DNA from: Acidobacteriaceae bacterium
GTDB taxonomy: Bacteria > Acidobacteriota > Terriglobia > Terriglobales > Acidobacteriaceae
Assembly: GCA_003138975.1 (NCBI GenBank)
Contig: PLHQ01000088.1
Span: 1,272 to 65,271 of the forward strand
DNA length: 64,000 bases
Reading direction: 5' to 3'
In this document: positions 18,270 to 28,012 of the stretch, in pieces
How positions within the stretch are numbered: position 1 is the first letter of the stretch
Layout of the letters: every line of letters begins with the position of its first letter
The notes under the pieces: generated by a model
What the model saw: only the letters and a program-made list of their open reading frames with translations
What the model was told of the DNA's origin: nothing
Database searches by the model: none
Translations under genes and position numbers: made by a program

Positions 18270-18956
18270 CTACTTCCCGCTATAAAGCTCAGGAAACTCC
18301 CGCCTCAAATTCGCCACCTTGGGTGCATCGTTATACACAATGTAAGGATTATCCGGATGCAGTGTCGCATAGTTCTGGTGATAAGCTTCCGCCGGATAAA
18401 ACGCCTTCAGCGGCTCCACCTGTGTTGCAATCGCTTTCCGAAAAACTTTCGCCTGGTTGAGCTGCGCAATGTAAACCTCGGCAATGTGCTTCTGCTCATC
18501 GTTGCCATAAAAAATCACCGACCGGTATTGCGTCCCTTCATCCGGCCCCTGCCGGTTCACTTCTGTCGGATCGAGCGCCACCGAGAAAAACACCCGCAGC
18601 AACTCTCCATAGGTAACCTTCGACGGATCGTAAACAATCTGCACGGACTCCGCATGCCCGGTCTCGCCGCTACTCACCGCCTCATAATCAGGACTCTTCA
18701 CCGAACCGCCCGAGTATCCCGAAGTCGCACTAACCACGCCCTTCACATGCTGGAATACCGCCTGGATTCCCCAGAAGCAGCCGCCCGCCACCACCGCGGT
18801 TTCTTTGCCCGGAGCCGTCGCCCTCACTTCATCCGCCACCGGACCCGGAACCGCCGCTCCACTTCCCGCCCGGCAAGCCACCGCGCCCGCCAGCACCGTC
18901 AACACCATCGCAACCATCCGCACCGAAGCTCTCGACATAAATCCTCCCGGCGTCAC
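18270..18956 (-). CDS. msrA: Peptide-methionine (S)-S-oxide reductase MsrA with an N-terminal signal peptide
   Basis: The hydrophobic leader MVAMVLTVLAGAVA is followed by AVVAGGCFWGIQAVFQHVKGV...GYSGG...TGHAESVQIVYDP...QGPDEGTQYRS. Confidence 0.92.
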   Translation of the reverse strand: MTPGGFMSRASVRMVAMVLTVLAGAVACRAGSGAAVPGPVADEVRATAPGKETAVVAGGCFWGIQAVFQHVKGVVSATSGYSGGSVKSPDYEAVSSGETGHAESVQIVYDPSKVTYGELLRVFFSVALDPTEVNRQGPDEGTQYRSVIFYGNDEQKHIAEVYIAQLNQAKVFRKAIATQVEPLKAFYPAEAYHQNYATLHPDNPYIVYNDAPKVANLRREFPELYSGK

Positions 18957-19217
18957 ACGCCGCTACCTTCCCTCATTAGAGTTACGAGTCTGGGAGAAGT
19001 TTCGGATGGCAGCTCGTGCCAGGACCAAAACGGGTCTGTGGATTTCTGCTAGCGAAAATACTTCGAGTCCGTCTCGGGGAGAGCTAACAGGGCGAGCGAA
19101 AAATACCTTCGACTGAATGGCCCTTGAATGGCCGGGGTCCCCCGGTGAATGGCATCCCCCTCCTCCCTCTCTCCTGAAAGTCTCGCTGGGCGCGGGGTTC
19201 ACAAAAAGTGTCTGCAA

Positions 19218-19247
19218 AATATAGAGGGCAAATGACTTAGAGGTCAA
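19218..19247 (-). promoter_or_regulatory. Promoter-like element facing msrA (TTGACC-N18-TATATT)
   Basis: The minus strand reads TTGACCtctaagtcatttgccctcTATATT. It lies about 260 nt upstream of the msrA start. Confidence 0.3.
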
Positions 19248-19518
19248 AATCCAGACAACAAAGGAGTTAGGGCCGTTGTTGTCGGATTTAGCTATACTGC
19301 CTTCGCCTTGACCATGATGGGCTGATTTGTTGCCGTGAAATCCCACGTTTCGCAAAGAACGCGAAACATGGGGTACCCGGCTGTCGCCATCCGTGGTGGC
19401 CTTCGGAGAATCTGGCAAGAACTTCATCGGAATAGGCAAGAGGCCCAAGCTTCGGGACGCTATGCTTTGGCTTGCGGTGCCGTTGAGGCAGTCAGAATTT
19501 CGCAGCGCAGGAGAATGA

Positions 19519-20520
<1,002 letters not shown>

Positions 20521-20558
20521 GCAGCACGAATGTTTGCAAAAGAGGTATTCTCGAACGC

Positions 20559-21518
20559 GTGAAGACCAATGGCAAACCGGCGTCTTCCTGGCGCGCAGAC
20601 GAACTTGCGGGCCCAAACGAGCCAGACACGGATCAGTTGACCCGTTTGATTGCCGCCTATGCACCTCACGACGGCAGTTTTGAGCTGCGCATCCCTGGCT
20701 TGCACGCGAATCGCTTTTCACGACCAAACAAAGAGTGTGTACACGCCCTCCGGTTGCCCTCGTTGTGCATAGCCGCCCAGGGAGCGAAGACCGTCATCGT
20801 AGGGGACGAAGTGTATGAGTACGACGCGTCGCGCATGATCGTTTTCTCCGTTGCCTTGCCCGTTGCTGCCCAGGTCACGCAAGCCAGCCATTCCGCGCCC
20901 TACCTTTCTCTCAAGCTGGACCTCGATCCGCACAAGATTGCCGAACTGGTCTTGAAGGTGTACCCGCACGGTCTGCCTCCAGTCCAAGAGAGGAGCGCGG
21001 TTTACGTCACTCCGGTTGACGCGAGCGTTGTCAACGCCGCGACGAGGTTAATGGAGTGTCTTGCGCATCCCGGAGACGCTGAACTGCTCGCTCCACTTGT
21101 GATCGATGAGATTTTGATCCGGCTACTGCGCAGCCCCATTGGTGTTCGCGTCGCTCAAATGGGCTTTGCAGAATCTAGCGTCCACCGCGTTGCCAAGGCC
21201 ATTTCCTGGCTACGAGACAACTTCTCTCAACCCATGAAGGTCGAGGACTTGGCCGGGCTGGTGCACATGAGTGTTTCCTCATTCCACGAGCACTTTAAGT
21301 CCGTCACTTCGATGAGCCCTTTGCACTATCAAAAGATGCTGCGACTGCAAGAGGCGAGGCGCCTCATGCTGTCGGCAATTATGGACGCGGGCACTGCGAG
21401 CCAGCGCGTGGGCTATCTAAGCGCTTCCCAGTTCAGCCGAGAATACAGCCGCTTCTTCGGGAGTGCGCCGACCAAAGACATCGCCAGATTGCGTCAAGAG
21501 GCAGGACTTTGGGTCTAA
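20559..21518 (+). CDS. AraC-family transcriptional regulator with an AraC_N-type sensor domain
   Basis: [27 protein letters not shown]...[21 protein letters not shown] is followed by a C-terminal HTH ([33 protein letters not shown]...[17 protein letters not shown]). The GTG start at 20559 is approximate. Confidence 0.85.
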   Translation: MKTNGKPASSWRADELAGPNEPDTDQLTRLIAAYAPHDGSFELRIPGLHANRFSRPNKECVHALRLPSLCIAAQGAKTVIVGDEVYEYDASRMIVFSVALPVAAQVTQASHSAPYLSLKLDLDPHKIAELVLKVYPHGLPPVQERSAVYVTPVDASVVNAATRLMECLAHPGDAELLAPLVIDEILIRLLRSPIGVRVAQMGFAESSVHRVAKAISWLRDNFSQPMKVEDLAGLVHMSVSSFHEHFKSVTSMSPLHYQKMLRLQEARRLMLSAIMDAGTASQRVGYLSASQFSREYSRFFGSAPTKDIARLRQEAGLWV

Positions 21519-21568
21519 ACGTCCGGGAGTGATTGGGGAGAACAGCCGATTACATTCATTGTTTCCTC

Positions 21569-21597
21569 TTGACATTCGCTTTATATTCGCCAACAAT
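21569..21597 (+). promoter_or_regulatory. lexA promoter candidate with an embedded ATTCGC direct repeat (11-bp period)
   Basis: TTGACA(21569-74)-N17-AACAAT(21592-97) places the transcription start at about the lexA ATG (21604). An alternative is TTGTTT-N17-TATATT. ATTCGC occurs at 21574-79 and at 21585-90. Confidence 0.35.
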
Positions 21598-21603
21598 GGC
21601 GAC

Positions 21604-22224
21604 ATGGCGATCACACGCAGGCAGCGCGAAGTGTATGACTTCATCTCCCGCTTTGTGGCCGAGCATGGCTACTCTCCGTCGTTTGAGGAGATCGGCACGG
21701 GGCTCCATCTGACGTCGCTGGCAACGGTACACAAGCACATCACGAATCTCGAGAAAAAGGGATTGCTCACCCGCGACTACAACCGCAGCCGCTCGATCGA
21801 CCTGCTGCCGCCCAAGGGACGGCTGAAGCAGGCCATGAGCGTCAACACAGGCCTGGTGCTGCCGCTGCTGGGGCGCATCGCCGCCGGCCAGCCGATTGAA
21901 GCGATGCAGACCAATGAGACGATCTCGCTCGCCGACTTCGTCCGCTCGAAAGAAGTGTTCGTGCTGGAAGTGCGCGGCGATTCCATGCAGGATGAGGCCA
22001 TCCTCGACGGCGACTACGTGCTGGTGGAGAAGCTGAAGACGGCGCACAACGGCGACATTGTGGTCGCGCTGGTGGATTCAAGTGATGCCACGCTGAAGCG
22101 TTTTTATCGTGAAGGCGACAACATCCGCCTGCAGCCTTCGAACGCAACGATGATGCCGATTATCGTGCCGGCGGCTTCGGTGGAAGTGCAGGGGAGGGTG
22201 ATTGGAGTGCTGAGGAAGTACTGA
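21604..22224 (+). CDS. lexA: LexA repressor
   Basis: MAITRRQREVYDFISRFVAEHGYSPSFEEIGTGLHLTSLATVHKHITNLEKKGLL...AAGQPIEA...VRGDSMQDEAILDGDYVLV...LKRF. The Ala-Gly cleavage site and the Ser/Lys dyad context are present. Confidence 0.94.
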   Translation: MAITRRQREVYDFISRFVAEHGYSPSFEEIGTGLHLTSLATVHKHITNLEKKGLLTRDYNRSRSIDLLPPKGRLKQAMSVNTGLVLPLLGRIAAGQPIEAMQTNETISLADFVRSKEVFVLEVRGDSMQDEAILDGDYVLVEKLKTAHNGDIVVALVDSSDATLKRFYREGDNIRLQPSNATMMPIIVPAASVEVQGRVIGVLRKY

Positions 22225-22242
22225 AAACACCAGAGACCCCTA

Positions 22243-22569
22243 TTGAAGAATCCGCTCATCCAACTCACCTCCGTCCAGGCCCGCCGAATCTGTCTGCATG
22301 CCCAGCGCCTGGACACCACCGAACCCTTCGGCTCCGGCCCGAAGGCCACGCCGGCAGCCGTGGCGCACTTGGGCTACTTGCAGATTGAGACCATCTACGT
22401 CATCGAGCGCAGCCATCACCACATCCCCTACACGCGCATCCCTACGTATCGGCGCGAGCATCTGCATCAGGCACAGAGCATCGACAAGACTGTTTTCGAG
22501 TATTGGACGCCGCCCTATCGTACGTGCCGACGGAGAGCCTGCTTGCGTGTTTTCGAAGGAAATATCTGA
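22243..22569 (+). pseudogene. Truncated and frameshifted remnant of a YcaQ-like (DUF1006, winged-helix DNA glycosylase) gene
   Basis: TTG start. LTSVQARRICLHAQRLD...VAHLGYLQIETIYVIERSHHHIPYTRIP...TVFEYW matches only the first ~100 aa of ~400-aa YcaQ proteins. After EYW the homologous reading (AALSYVPTESLL) moves to another frame and stops. Only about 80 nt remain before trxA. Confidence 0.6.
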
Positions 22570-22576
22570 AAAAATA

Positions 22577-22612
22577 AAACGCACGCGACCCGGAAGAGTC
22601 AGCGTGCGTTTT
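22577..22612. terminator. Bidirectional intrinsic terminator between the ycaQ remnant and trxA
   Basis: AAAACGCACGC-gacccggaagagtca-GCGTGCGTTTT has a 10-11 bp stem, an A-run upstream and a T-run downstream. Confidence 0.6.
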
Positions 22613-22649
22613 GAAGCTTTAGGCCTGAAGCCAGCAGCTAAAAGCTGCC

Positions 22650-22982
22650 TTATCCTACGTGCTTATCAATCGCTTGCGCGATGGCGTCTTTCGGGCGATA
22701 GCCGACGAGCTGTTCCACCACTTGGCCACCCTTGAAAACCAGCAGCGTGGGGATGCCGGTGACTTTGTAACGCATCGGCGTGGAGCTGTTGGCGTCGACA
22801 TCCATTTTGCCGACTTTGAGTTTGCCCTGGTAGTCCTTGGCGAGCTCATCCACGATGGGAGCGAGGGCGCGGCAGGGGCCGCACCAGGTTGCCCAAAAGT
22901 CCACCAGCACGGGTGTATCTGATTTCAAAACATCCTGGTCGAAGTTTGCATCGGTGACTTCGACAATTCCATTGCCTGCCAT
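22650..22982 (-). CDS. trxA: Thioredoxin
   Basis: 110 aa with VLVDFWATWCGPCRALAP...GIPTLLVFKGG. Confidence 0.96.
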   Translation of the reverse strand: MAGNGIVEVTDANFDQDVLKSDTPVLVDFWATWCGPCRALAPIVDELAKDYQGKLKVGKMDVDANSSTPMRYKVTGIPTLLVFKGGQVVEQLVGYRPKDAIAQAIDKHVG

Positions 22983-23189
22983 TTTCGTTTCTCCTGGTTG
23001 TAACGTCGCGCTGTCGGCGGACGCTCCATCGAGCGGTCGTAGCCGGGCCCGGCGATCTGTATCGAATAATTGCTCGCCCTGGTTAGGGCGTATCCATTAT
23101 CGCACTTCGGTTGGATGCCTGGGTAATGGCGAAAGTCGCAAAAACGAGCGGGTACTCGTATCGTGCCCTCAAGGCGTGCGGCAGAGTGC

Positions 23190-26100
23190 CTAAAAGATGA
23201 ACTTCACCGCAGCCTGCATCAGGCGGGGAGCGGCGGCGCTGACCACCTGCCCGAACGACGAGCTGTTGATGTTGCCATTCACGGACGCCGGTCCGTAGAA
23301 CTGGGCGTGGTTGAAGACGTTGAATCCCTCGAAACGGAACTGAAGAGATTTGGATTCGGGGAGCGGCAGGTTCTTGATCAGGGCCATGTCGTAGTTGTCA
23401 ATGCCCGGGCCACAAAAGAAGCGGCGCTTGGCGTTGCCGGACTGCCCCAGCGGCTGGAGGCTGAAAAGGCTGGTATCGAAATAGGACTGGCCGTTGCGAG
23501 GATTTCGGTTCAGCCCCAGCGCGCCGGGAGTGTACTGCGGTTCGTCAACGCCATAGTTGTTCACCCCGTTCGGTTCAGTTCCCAACAAAGAATTGTCGCC
23601 GTAGTTATAAAGCGTGACCGGAAAACCGGTGCTGAAGCGGGTGATCCCGGAAGCCGCCCAGCCTTTCGTCCAGCGGTTGGAGATAGCGAAAATATGATCG
23701 AGAGGAAGTTGGTAGTTATAGCTGACCACGAAATTGTGCTTCACATCAAAAGCTGACAGAGCCTTGCTCAGCGCGGGATTGAGCGGGTTGATCTCTTCTC
23801 CAAGGTTGGAAGCCTGGTCGAGAGACTTGCCGTAAGTGTAACCACCAAGAATCTCCAAGGGCCCGCCGGTATGGCGGAGCGTGACTTCCAGAGCGTTGTA
23901 GTTGGAATTGCCGATCGTGGCCTGGTTCGTATCGCTGCCAAAGTGTGGGCCGAGCGGACCGCGGGTTCCATTGATTGTCTGGTTGGAAGCTGTGATGTAG
24001 GTATTGCCTTCCAGAAACGGCCCGCAAGGGGTTTGTCCGGGGGCCAAATTCGCCGGATTCATCAGCTGCAAGCAAAGAGCGGGATCGCCAGGATTGGCTT
24101 CCACAAGCGCGAGAAGTCGATGTCCCTGGGTGCCCACGTAACTCGCGCTGAGTACGGTATTCGATGAGAGTTGGCGCTCCAGCGAAAACGTGTACTCCTC
24201 GGTGTAGGGAATGCGGTTGGTGGTGGGATAAGCCGGCAGACCGCTGATAGGCTCGTACTGCGACCAATCGATGTTGGCGTCGGGATGGCTCGCGGAGGAG
24301 TTGAGCGGAGCCAGTTGCACCGGGAAGTACTGGCTGCCCTGACCGGTGGAAGCGGAAATGAACGGCGTGGCAAACAGCGGCGGAGTAGGGCTGGTATACG
24401 TGGTGCCGTAGGGCGCGTTCGCGCTGAGGACTCCGATGGTGAGAGCTTCAATGGCGGTGTAAAACGTGCCGAAGCCGGCACGCAGGCTGGTTTGGCCAGG
24501 ACCTCCGAGCATCCTGCCGAAAACAGAATCCGAATCTGCGCTGGGAGAATAGACAAGGCCTACGCGCGGCGCGAAATCTTTGTTGCCCGGCGGCGCCAGT
24601 GTGCGTGGGACTCCGGGATCGGTTGGGAAGAGAATTCCTGCGGGCGCGGTTGGAAATACCACGGATTGTTTGCCCGGCTCCAAGGTCGCCACCTGATTGT
24701 ATTTTTCGTACCAGGGTTCGATCCGGTCCCAGCGCAAACCATAATTCAGCGTGAGATTGGGACGCAGCCGCCAACTGTCCTGCGCGTAGAGGCCAAGATA
24801 TTTGTTGCGTCCGTAAAAGGGTTGGAGCTGGCTCTGGTTGTATTGGGTGGGAGCGCCGAGCAGGAAGTCGACGAAATCCGATCCGGTCTGGCTCCCGAAG
24901 AACAGGAAACTGCCGTTGAACTGAGCGATGGCGTGAGTATTGACCTGGTCGTAATGGAATTCCCCGCCGGCCTTGATGGTGTGCGTGCCGACGACTTTGG
25001 AAAAATTGTCGAGCCACTGGAAGGTGTTGTTGCTCTGCCTCAGCTCGTTGGTGTCGGTTCCGATGGAGTAGTTGTTGAAGACGACGTTCTCCAGACCCTC
25101 AGTTTGCGGCGAGAGAGGCACGATGCCCGGAGTGTTGGGCCCGACCTGGAAACCCTGAGAGGCTAGGTTGACACCCACTCCACCCTGCGGACGCCCGAGG
25201 TCATTGGAGTCCCGCAGGTAACTGAAGCGGAATTCGTTGACCGCGGTTGCGCTCGGAGTCTTGGTGCTGCCCAGGTTGAGCAACTGAGCGCGGCCAAGAT
25301 TCACTGCGTTGAAGCCCGGAACATTTGCTCCACCCTGCGCGGTGGGGTAAGGATTGTTCTGAGTGAAGTTGTCGAGGAAATAATAAGTGGAGATGAGACC
25401 CCATGGCGTGCTGGCATCCAGGCGGGCAGCGCCTTTATTGTCATTGAGGGTCTGGTTATAGGCGGATGTGGAAAAAACATTGCCGGGCTGGTTCGGCGCG
25501 GGAATGTATTGCAACAGATGCTGCGCGGGAGCGGACCACGCGCTGTTGGGGATTTGCAGCGTAGGAAGAACACATGCCGTGGTGCTGGTGGCGGAATAGT
25601 TTGTGTTCGTGCAGCCGGAAAAATAGTATGGCTCACCCACAGAAATTTGATACCCGAGGTTCTGAGAGAGCGCAGTGGCCCAAGCGGGACCGCTTACTGT
25701 CGTAACCAGGGAACTTGCCAGGTCTGCCAAATTGCCAGAGCGATCCTGGATTGAGGGCACCGGAATCAATCCGGTGTCTACACCTTGGGTTTGGCGCGTA
25801 CCTTGATAATCAGAGTAGAAGAAAATTCTGTTTCGGGTCACTGGGCCGCCGAGAGTACCACCGAACTGATTCTGGTCAAAGGAACCACGGGAGGGGGAGA
25901 AGTAGTTACGCGCGTCGAGATTCGTGCTGCGCAGAAATTCAAAAACGTCGCCGTGAAATGCGTTGCTGCCCGACTTGGTAATGACGTTGATCTGGCCACC
26001 ACTGTATTCGCCATACTCCGCATCGAAATTGTTGGTGAGAATCCTGAACTCGGCGATGGAATCGAGATTGGGAATAATGGCCGTGCCCATGTTGACGTCT

Positions 26101-26741
26101 TCTTCCACATCGCTGCCATTCACCATGAAGCTGTTGGCGAATTCCCGTTGGCCATTGATGGAAATGTTGCCGGCGTTCAAGTCACCCGAGGGCGAGAAGG
26201 CGCTGGCACCGACATCCTGAACCGTGCTGGAGGTGATGGACGTGGCGGGGGCAACGCCGGACTGAAGCGCGAGCAGATCGGTATAGCTGCGGCCATTCAG
26301 CGGGACGCCGGTCATCATTGAACCCGCAATGACCTCACCCATCTGGGAACTGGAGGTTTCCACGTGCGCCGCGTTGTCGCTCACCGTGATGGCGTCAGTT
26401 CTCTCGCCGACCTGCAGCACAACATCCACGCGAAGCGCGCTGTTGGCGTCAAGCGCGATTCCGGTGCGGCGGTAGGCTTTGAATCCAGGGTGGTTCACTT
26501 CGAGAACATAGTCAGCAATGGGGAGGACCGGGAACGTGTAAGTACCCCGCCCATCGGTGGTAGCAGATTGCCGAGCGCCGGTACCGGTATTGACCAAACT
26601 GACGGCTGATTGAGCAATTGCGGCACCCGATGGGTCCTTGATCGTGCCCGAGATACTGCCGCCGACTCCAGCCCAACTTGTCCCTAGCAAACCTAGGAGC
26701 AGGAACAGGCGAAGCAGCGACAACCGGGGAAAACTTCGCAT
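23190..26741 (-). CDS. TonB-dependent receptor with an N-terminal carboxypeptidase-regulatory-like domain
   Basis: ATG at 26741 gives the signal peptide MRSFPRLSLLRLFLLLGLLGTSWA. SISGTIKDPSGAAIAQSAVSLVNTGTG...TDGRGTYTFPVLP is CarboxypepD_reg-like. A plug and a long barrel follow, ending in a C-terminal ...AVKFIF. Confidence 0.9.
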   Translation of the reverse strand: MRSFPRLSLLRLFLLLGLLGTSWAGVGGSISGTIKDPSGAAIAQSAVSLVNTGTGARQSATTDGRGTYTFPVLPIADYVLEVNHPGFKAYRRTGIALDANSALRVDVVLQVGERTDAITVSDNAAHVETSSSQMGEVIAGSMMTGVPLNGRSYTDLLALQSGVAPATSITSSTVQDVGASAFSPSGDLNAGNISINGQREFANSFMVNGSDVEEDVNMGTAIIPNLDSIAEFRILTNNFDAEYGEYSGGQINVITKSGSNAFHGDVFEFLRSTNLDARNYFSPSRGSFDQNQFGGTLGGPVTRNRIFFYSDYQGTRQTQGVDTGLIPVPSIQDRSGNLADLASSLVTTVSGPAWATALSQNLGYQISVGEPYYFSGCTNTNYSATSTTACVLPTLQIPNSAWSAPAQHLLQYIPAPNQPGNVFSTSAYNQTLNDNKGAARLDASTPWGLISTYYFLDNFTQNNPYPTAQGGANVPGFNAVNLGRAQLLNLGSTKTPSATAVNEFRFSYLRDSNDLGRPQGGVGVNLASQGFQVGPNTPGIVPLSPQTEGLENVVFNNYSIGTDTNELRQSNNTFQWLDNFSKVVGTHTIKAGGEFHYDQVNTHAIAQFNGSFLFFGSQTGSDFVDFLLGAPTQYNQSQLQPFYGRNKYLGLYAQDSWRLRPNLTLNYGLRWDRIEPWYEKYNQVATLEPGKQSVVFPTAPAGILFPTDPGVPRTLAPPGNKDFAPRVGLVYSPSADSDSVFGRMLGGPGQTSLRAGFGTFYTAIEALTIGVLSANAPYGTTYTSPTPPLFATPFISASTGQGSQYFPVQLAPLNSSASHPDANIDWSQYEPISGLPAYPTTNRIPYTEEYTFSLERQLSSNTVLSASYVGTQGHRLLALVEANPGDPALCLQLMNPANLAPGQTPCGPFLEGNTYITASNQTINGTRGPLGPHFGSDTNQATIGNSNYNALEVTLRHTGGPLEILGGYTYGKSLDQASNLGEEINPLNPALSKALSAFDVKHNFVVSYNYQLPLDHIFAISNRWTKGWAASGITRFSTGFPVTLYNYGDNSLLGTEPNGVNNYGVDEPQYTPGALGLNRNPRNGQSYFDTSLFSLQPLGQSGNAKRRFFCGPGIDNYDMALIKNLPLPESKSLQFRFEGFNVFNHAQFYGPASVNGNINSSSFGQVVSAAAPRLMQAAVKFIF

Positions 26742-26753
26742 GGTATTCTCGCG

Positions 26754-26930
26754 ATTCAGTTGCAAACGAGTCGCAACTATAGTTACGATCAACCTCAGGC
26801 TTTCGTGGAATTGGATTGATCGCTAGTTGCAATTCAGTCGCATCTAAGATATAAGCTTGACGGATTCGCCTATAAGCCGTCAAGAATCGGCAGAAGATTC
26901 CGTCGCAATACGCTTGCGACCAGTTGCGAC
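26754..26930. promoter_or_regulatory. Array of seven GTYGCAA / TTGCGAC heptamers in the fur - TonB-receptor divergent intergenic region
   Basis: GTTGCAA 26759, GTCGCAA 26770, GTTGCAA 26826, GTCGCAt 26837, GTCGCAA 26902, TTGCGAC 26914 and TTGCGAC 26924. Spacings are 11, 11, 12 and 10 bp. 26902-26920 is a perfect 7-5-7 palindrome. Confidence 0.4.
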
Positions 26931-26949
26931 AACATGAGGGACGGTTCCG

Positions 26950-27402
26950 ATGCCATTACCACAAACGGAAATGCCGGGCCGGTTGCAGGCCCACTTTGCG
27001 GAGCGCGGGATCAGGATGACCCAGCAGCGGCGGGCCATTCTGCGCGTGATGGAGACCGCGACCAAACATCTGGACGCGGCCCAGCTTTTGCGCAAGGCCC
27101 AGAAGCTGGATGCCAGCGTCGACCGCAGCACGGTGTACCGAACGCTGCAACTGCTAAAGCGCCATGGGCTGATTGACGAACTCGATCTAATGCACATCCA
27201 CGGCGAGGGTCACTACTACGAGCGGAAGCTGAATCGGGATCACATCCACATGGCGTGTTTGCGTTGCGGCAAGATCATGGAATTCGTCAGCGATATTTTC
27301 GAGAAGCTGAAGGGACAGGTGGAGAAAGACTGCCGGTTCCGGATTGTGGTGTCGCGGTTGGAAATTGGTGGTTACTGCGCGGGGTGCCGAGGAGCCAAGT
27401 AG
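26950..27402 (+). CDS. fur: Fur-family metalloregulator
   Basis: RMTQQRRAILRVMETATKHLDAAQLL...STVYRTLQLLKRHGLI...HIHGEGHYYE...HIHMACLRCGKIMEF...GGYCAGC. Confidence 0.9.
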   Translation: MPLPQTEMPGRLQAHFAERGIRMTQQRRAILRVMETATKHLDAAQLLRKAQKLDASVDRSTVYRTLQLLKRHGLIDELDLMHIHGEGHYYERKLNRDHIHMACLRCGKIMEFVSDIFEKLKGQVEKDCRFRIVVSRLEIGGYCAGCRGAK

Positions 27403-27417
27403 CCGTTTGGCGAATCA

Positions 27418-27942
27418 TTGATGGAAATTCGATTTCTTAATGCAAACGACGCGAGCAGGTACTGGAAGATCCGCCTCGAAGCACTCGAATGTGAACCGGA
27501 GGCGTTCGGAGCATCAGCGGAAGAACACCGCGCATCGACTGTGGATGATGCGGCGGCGCGATTATCCTCCGATCCGGCGAACAATTTCGTTGTAGGCTCC
27601 TTTCTGGGCGAGCGGCTGGTAGGCACTGCCGGCTTCTTTCGTAACAAAGGTCTCAAGGAACGCCACAAGGGACACATCTGGGGCGTTTATGTGACGCGCG
27701 CGGCGCGGGGCAAGCGAGCCGGGCGGGATATGTTGCGAATGCTCTTGGAGCGCGCCATCAGTATTGAAGGGATTGAGCAGATCATGCTCTCGGTGGCCAC
27801 CACTCAAGATGCCGCAGCCAGCCTGTATCGGTCACTAGGATTTGAGTCCTTCGGCTGCGAGCGCCGGGCGCTGAAGCTCGGCGACCGGTATGTTGACGAG
27901 GAGAACATGGTTCTATACCTTAAACCGCTCGCATCAACATAA
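27418..27942 (+). CDS. GNAT-family N-acetyltransferase
   Basis: 174 aa with IWGVYVTRAARGKRAGRDMLRMLLERA...SLYRSLGFE, the acetyl-CoA binding motif Q/RxxGxG/A. Confidence 0.9.
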   Translation: MMEIRFLNANDASRYWKIRLEALECEPEAFGASAEEHRASTVDDAAARLSSDPANNFVVGSFLGERLVGTAGFFRNKGLKERHKGHIWGVYVTRAARGKRAGRDMLRMLLERAISIEGIEQIMLSVATTQDAAASLYRSLGFESFGCERRALKLGDRYVDEENMVLYLKPLAST

Positions 27943-27975
27943 CCTTGGCGATCAGAATACGTAGGACCACCCGGC

Positions 27976-28012
27976 AATAAAAAAGCGCCCCGGACTTTTC
28001 AGTCCAAGACGC
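27976..28012 (-). terminator. Strong intrinsic terminator on the minus strand
   Basis: The minus strand reads GCGTCTTGGACT-GAAA-AGTCCGGGGCGC, a 12 bp stem including G-U pairs with a GNRA loop, followed by TTTTTTATT. It lies about 190 nt downstream of the anti-sigma gene stop. Confidence 0.65.

Noticed and set aside
17637-19052. Long track ORFs antisense to or overlapping well-supported genes. Examples are 17637-19052 (+), 19576-20727 (-), 31879-32820 (-), 54981-55916 (-), 23746-25166, 35692-36243 (-) and 46566-47354 (-).
   Set aside because: Each lies opposite a gene with clear family motifs. Their translations are Arg/Ala/Gly/Pro-rich low-complexity strings typical of spurious frames in GC-rich DNA.
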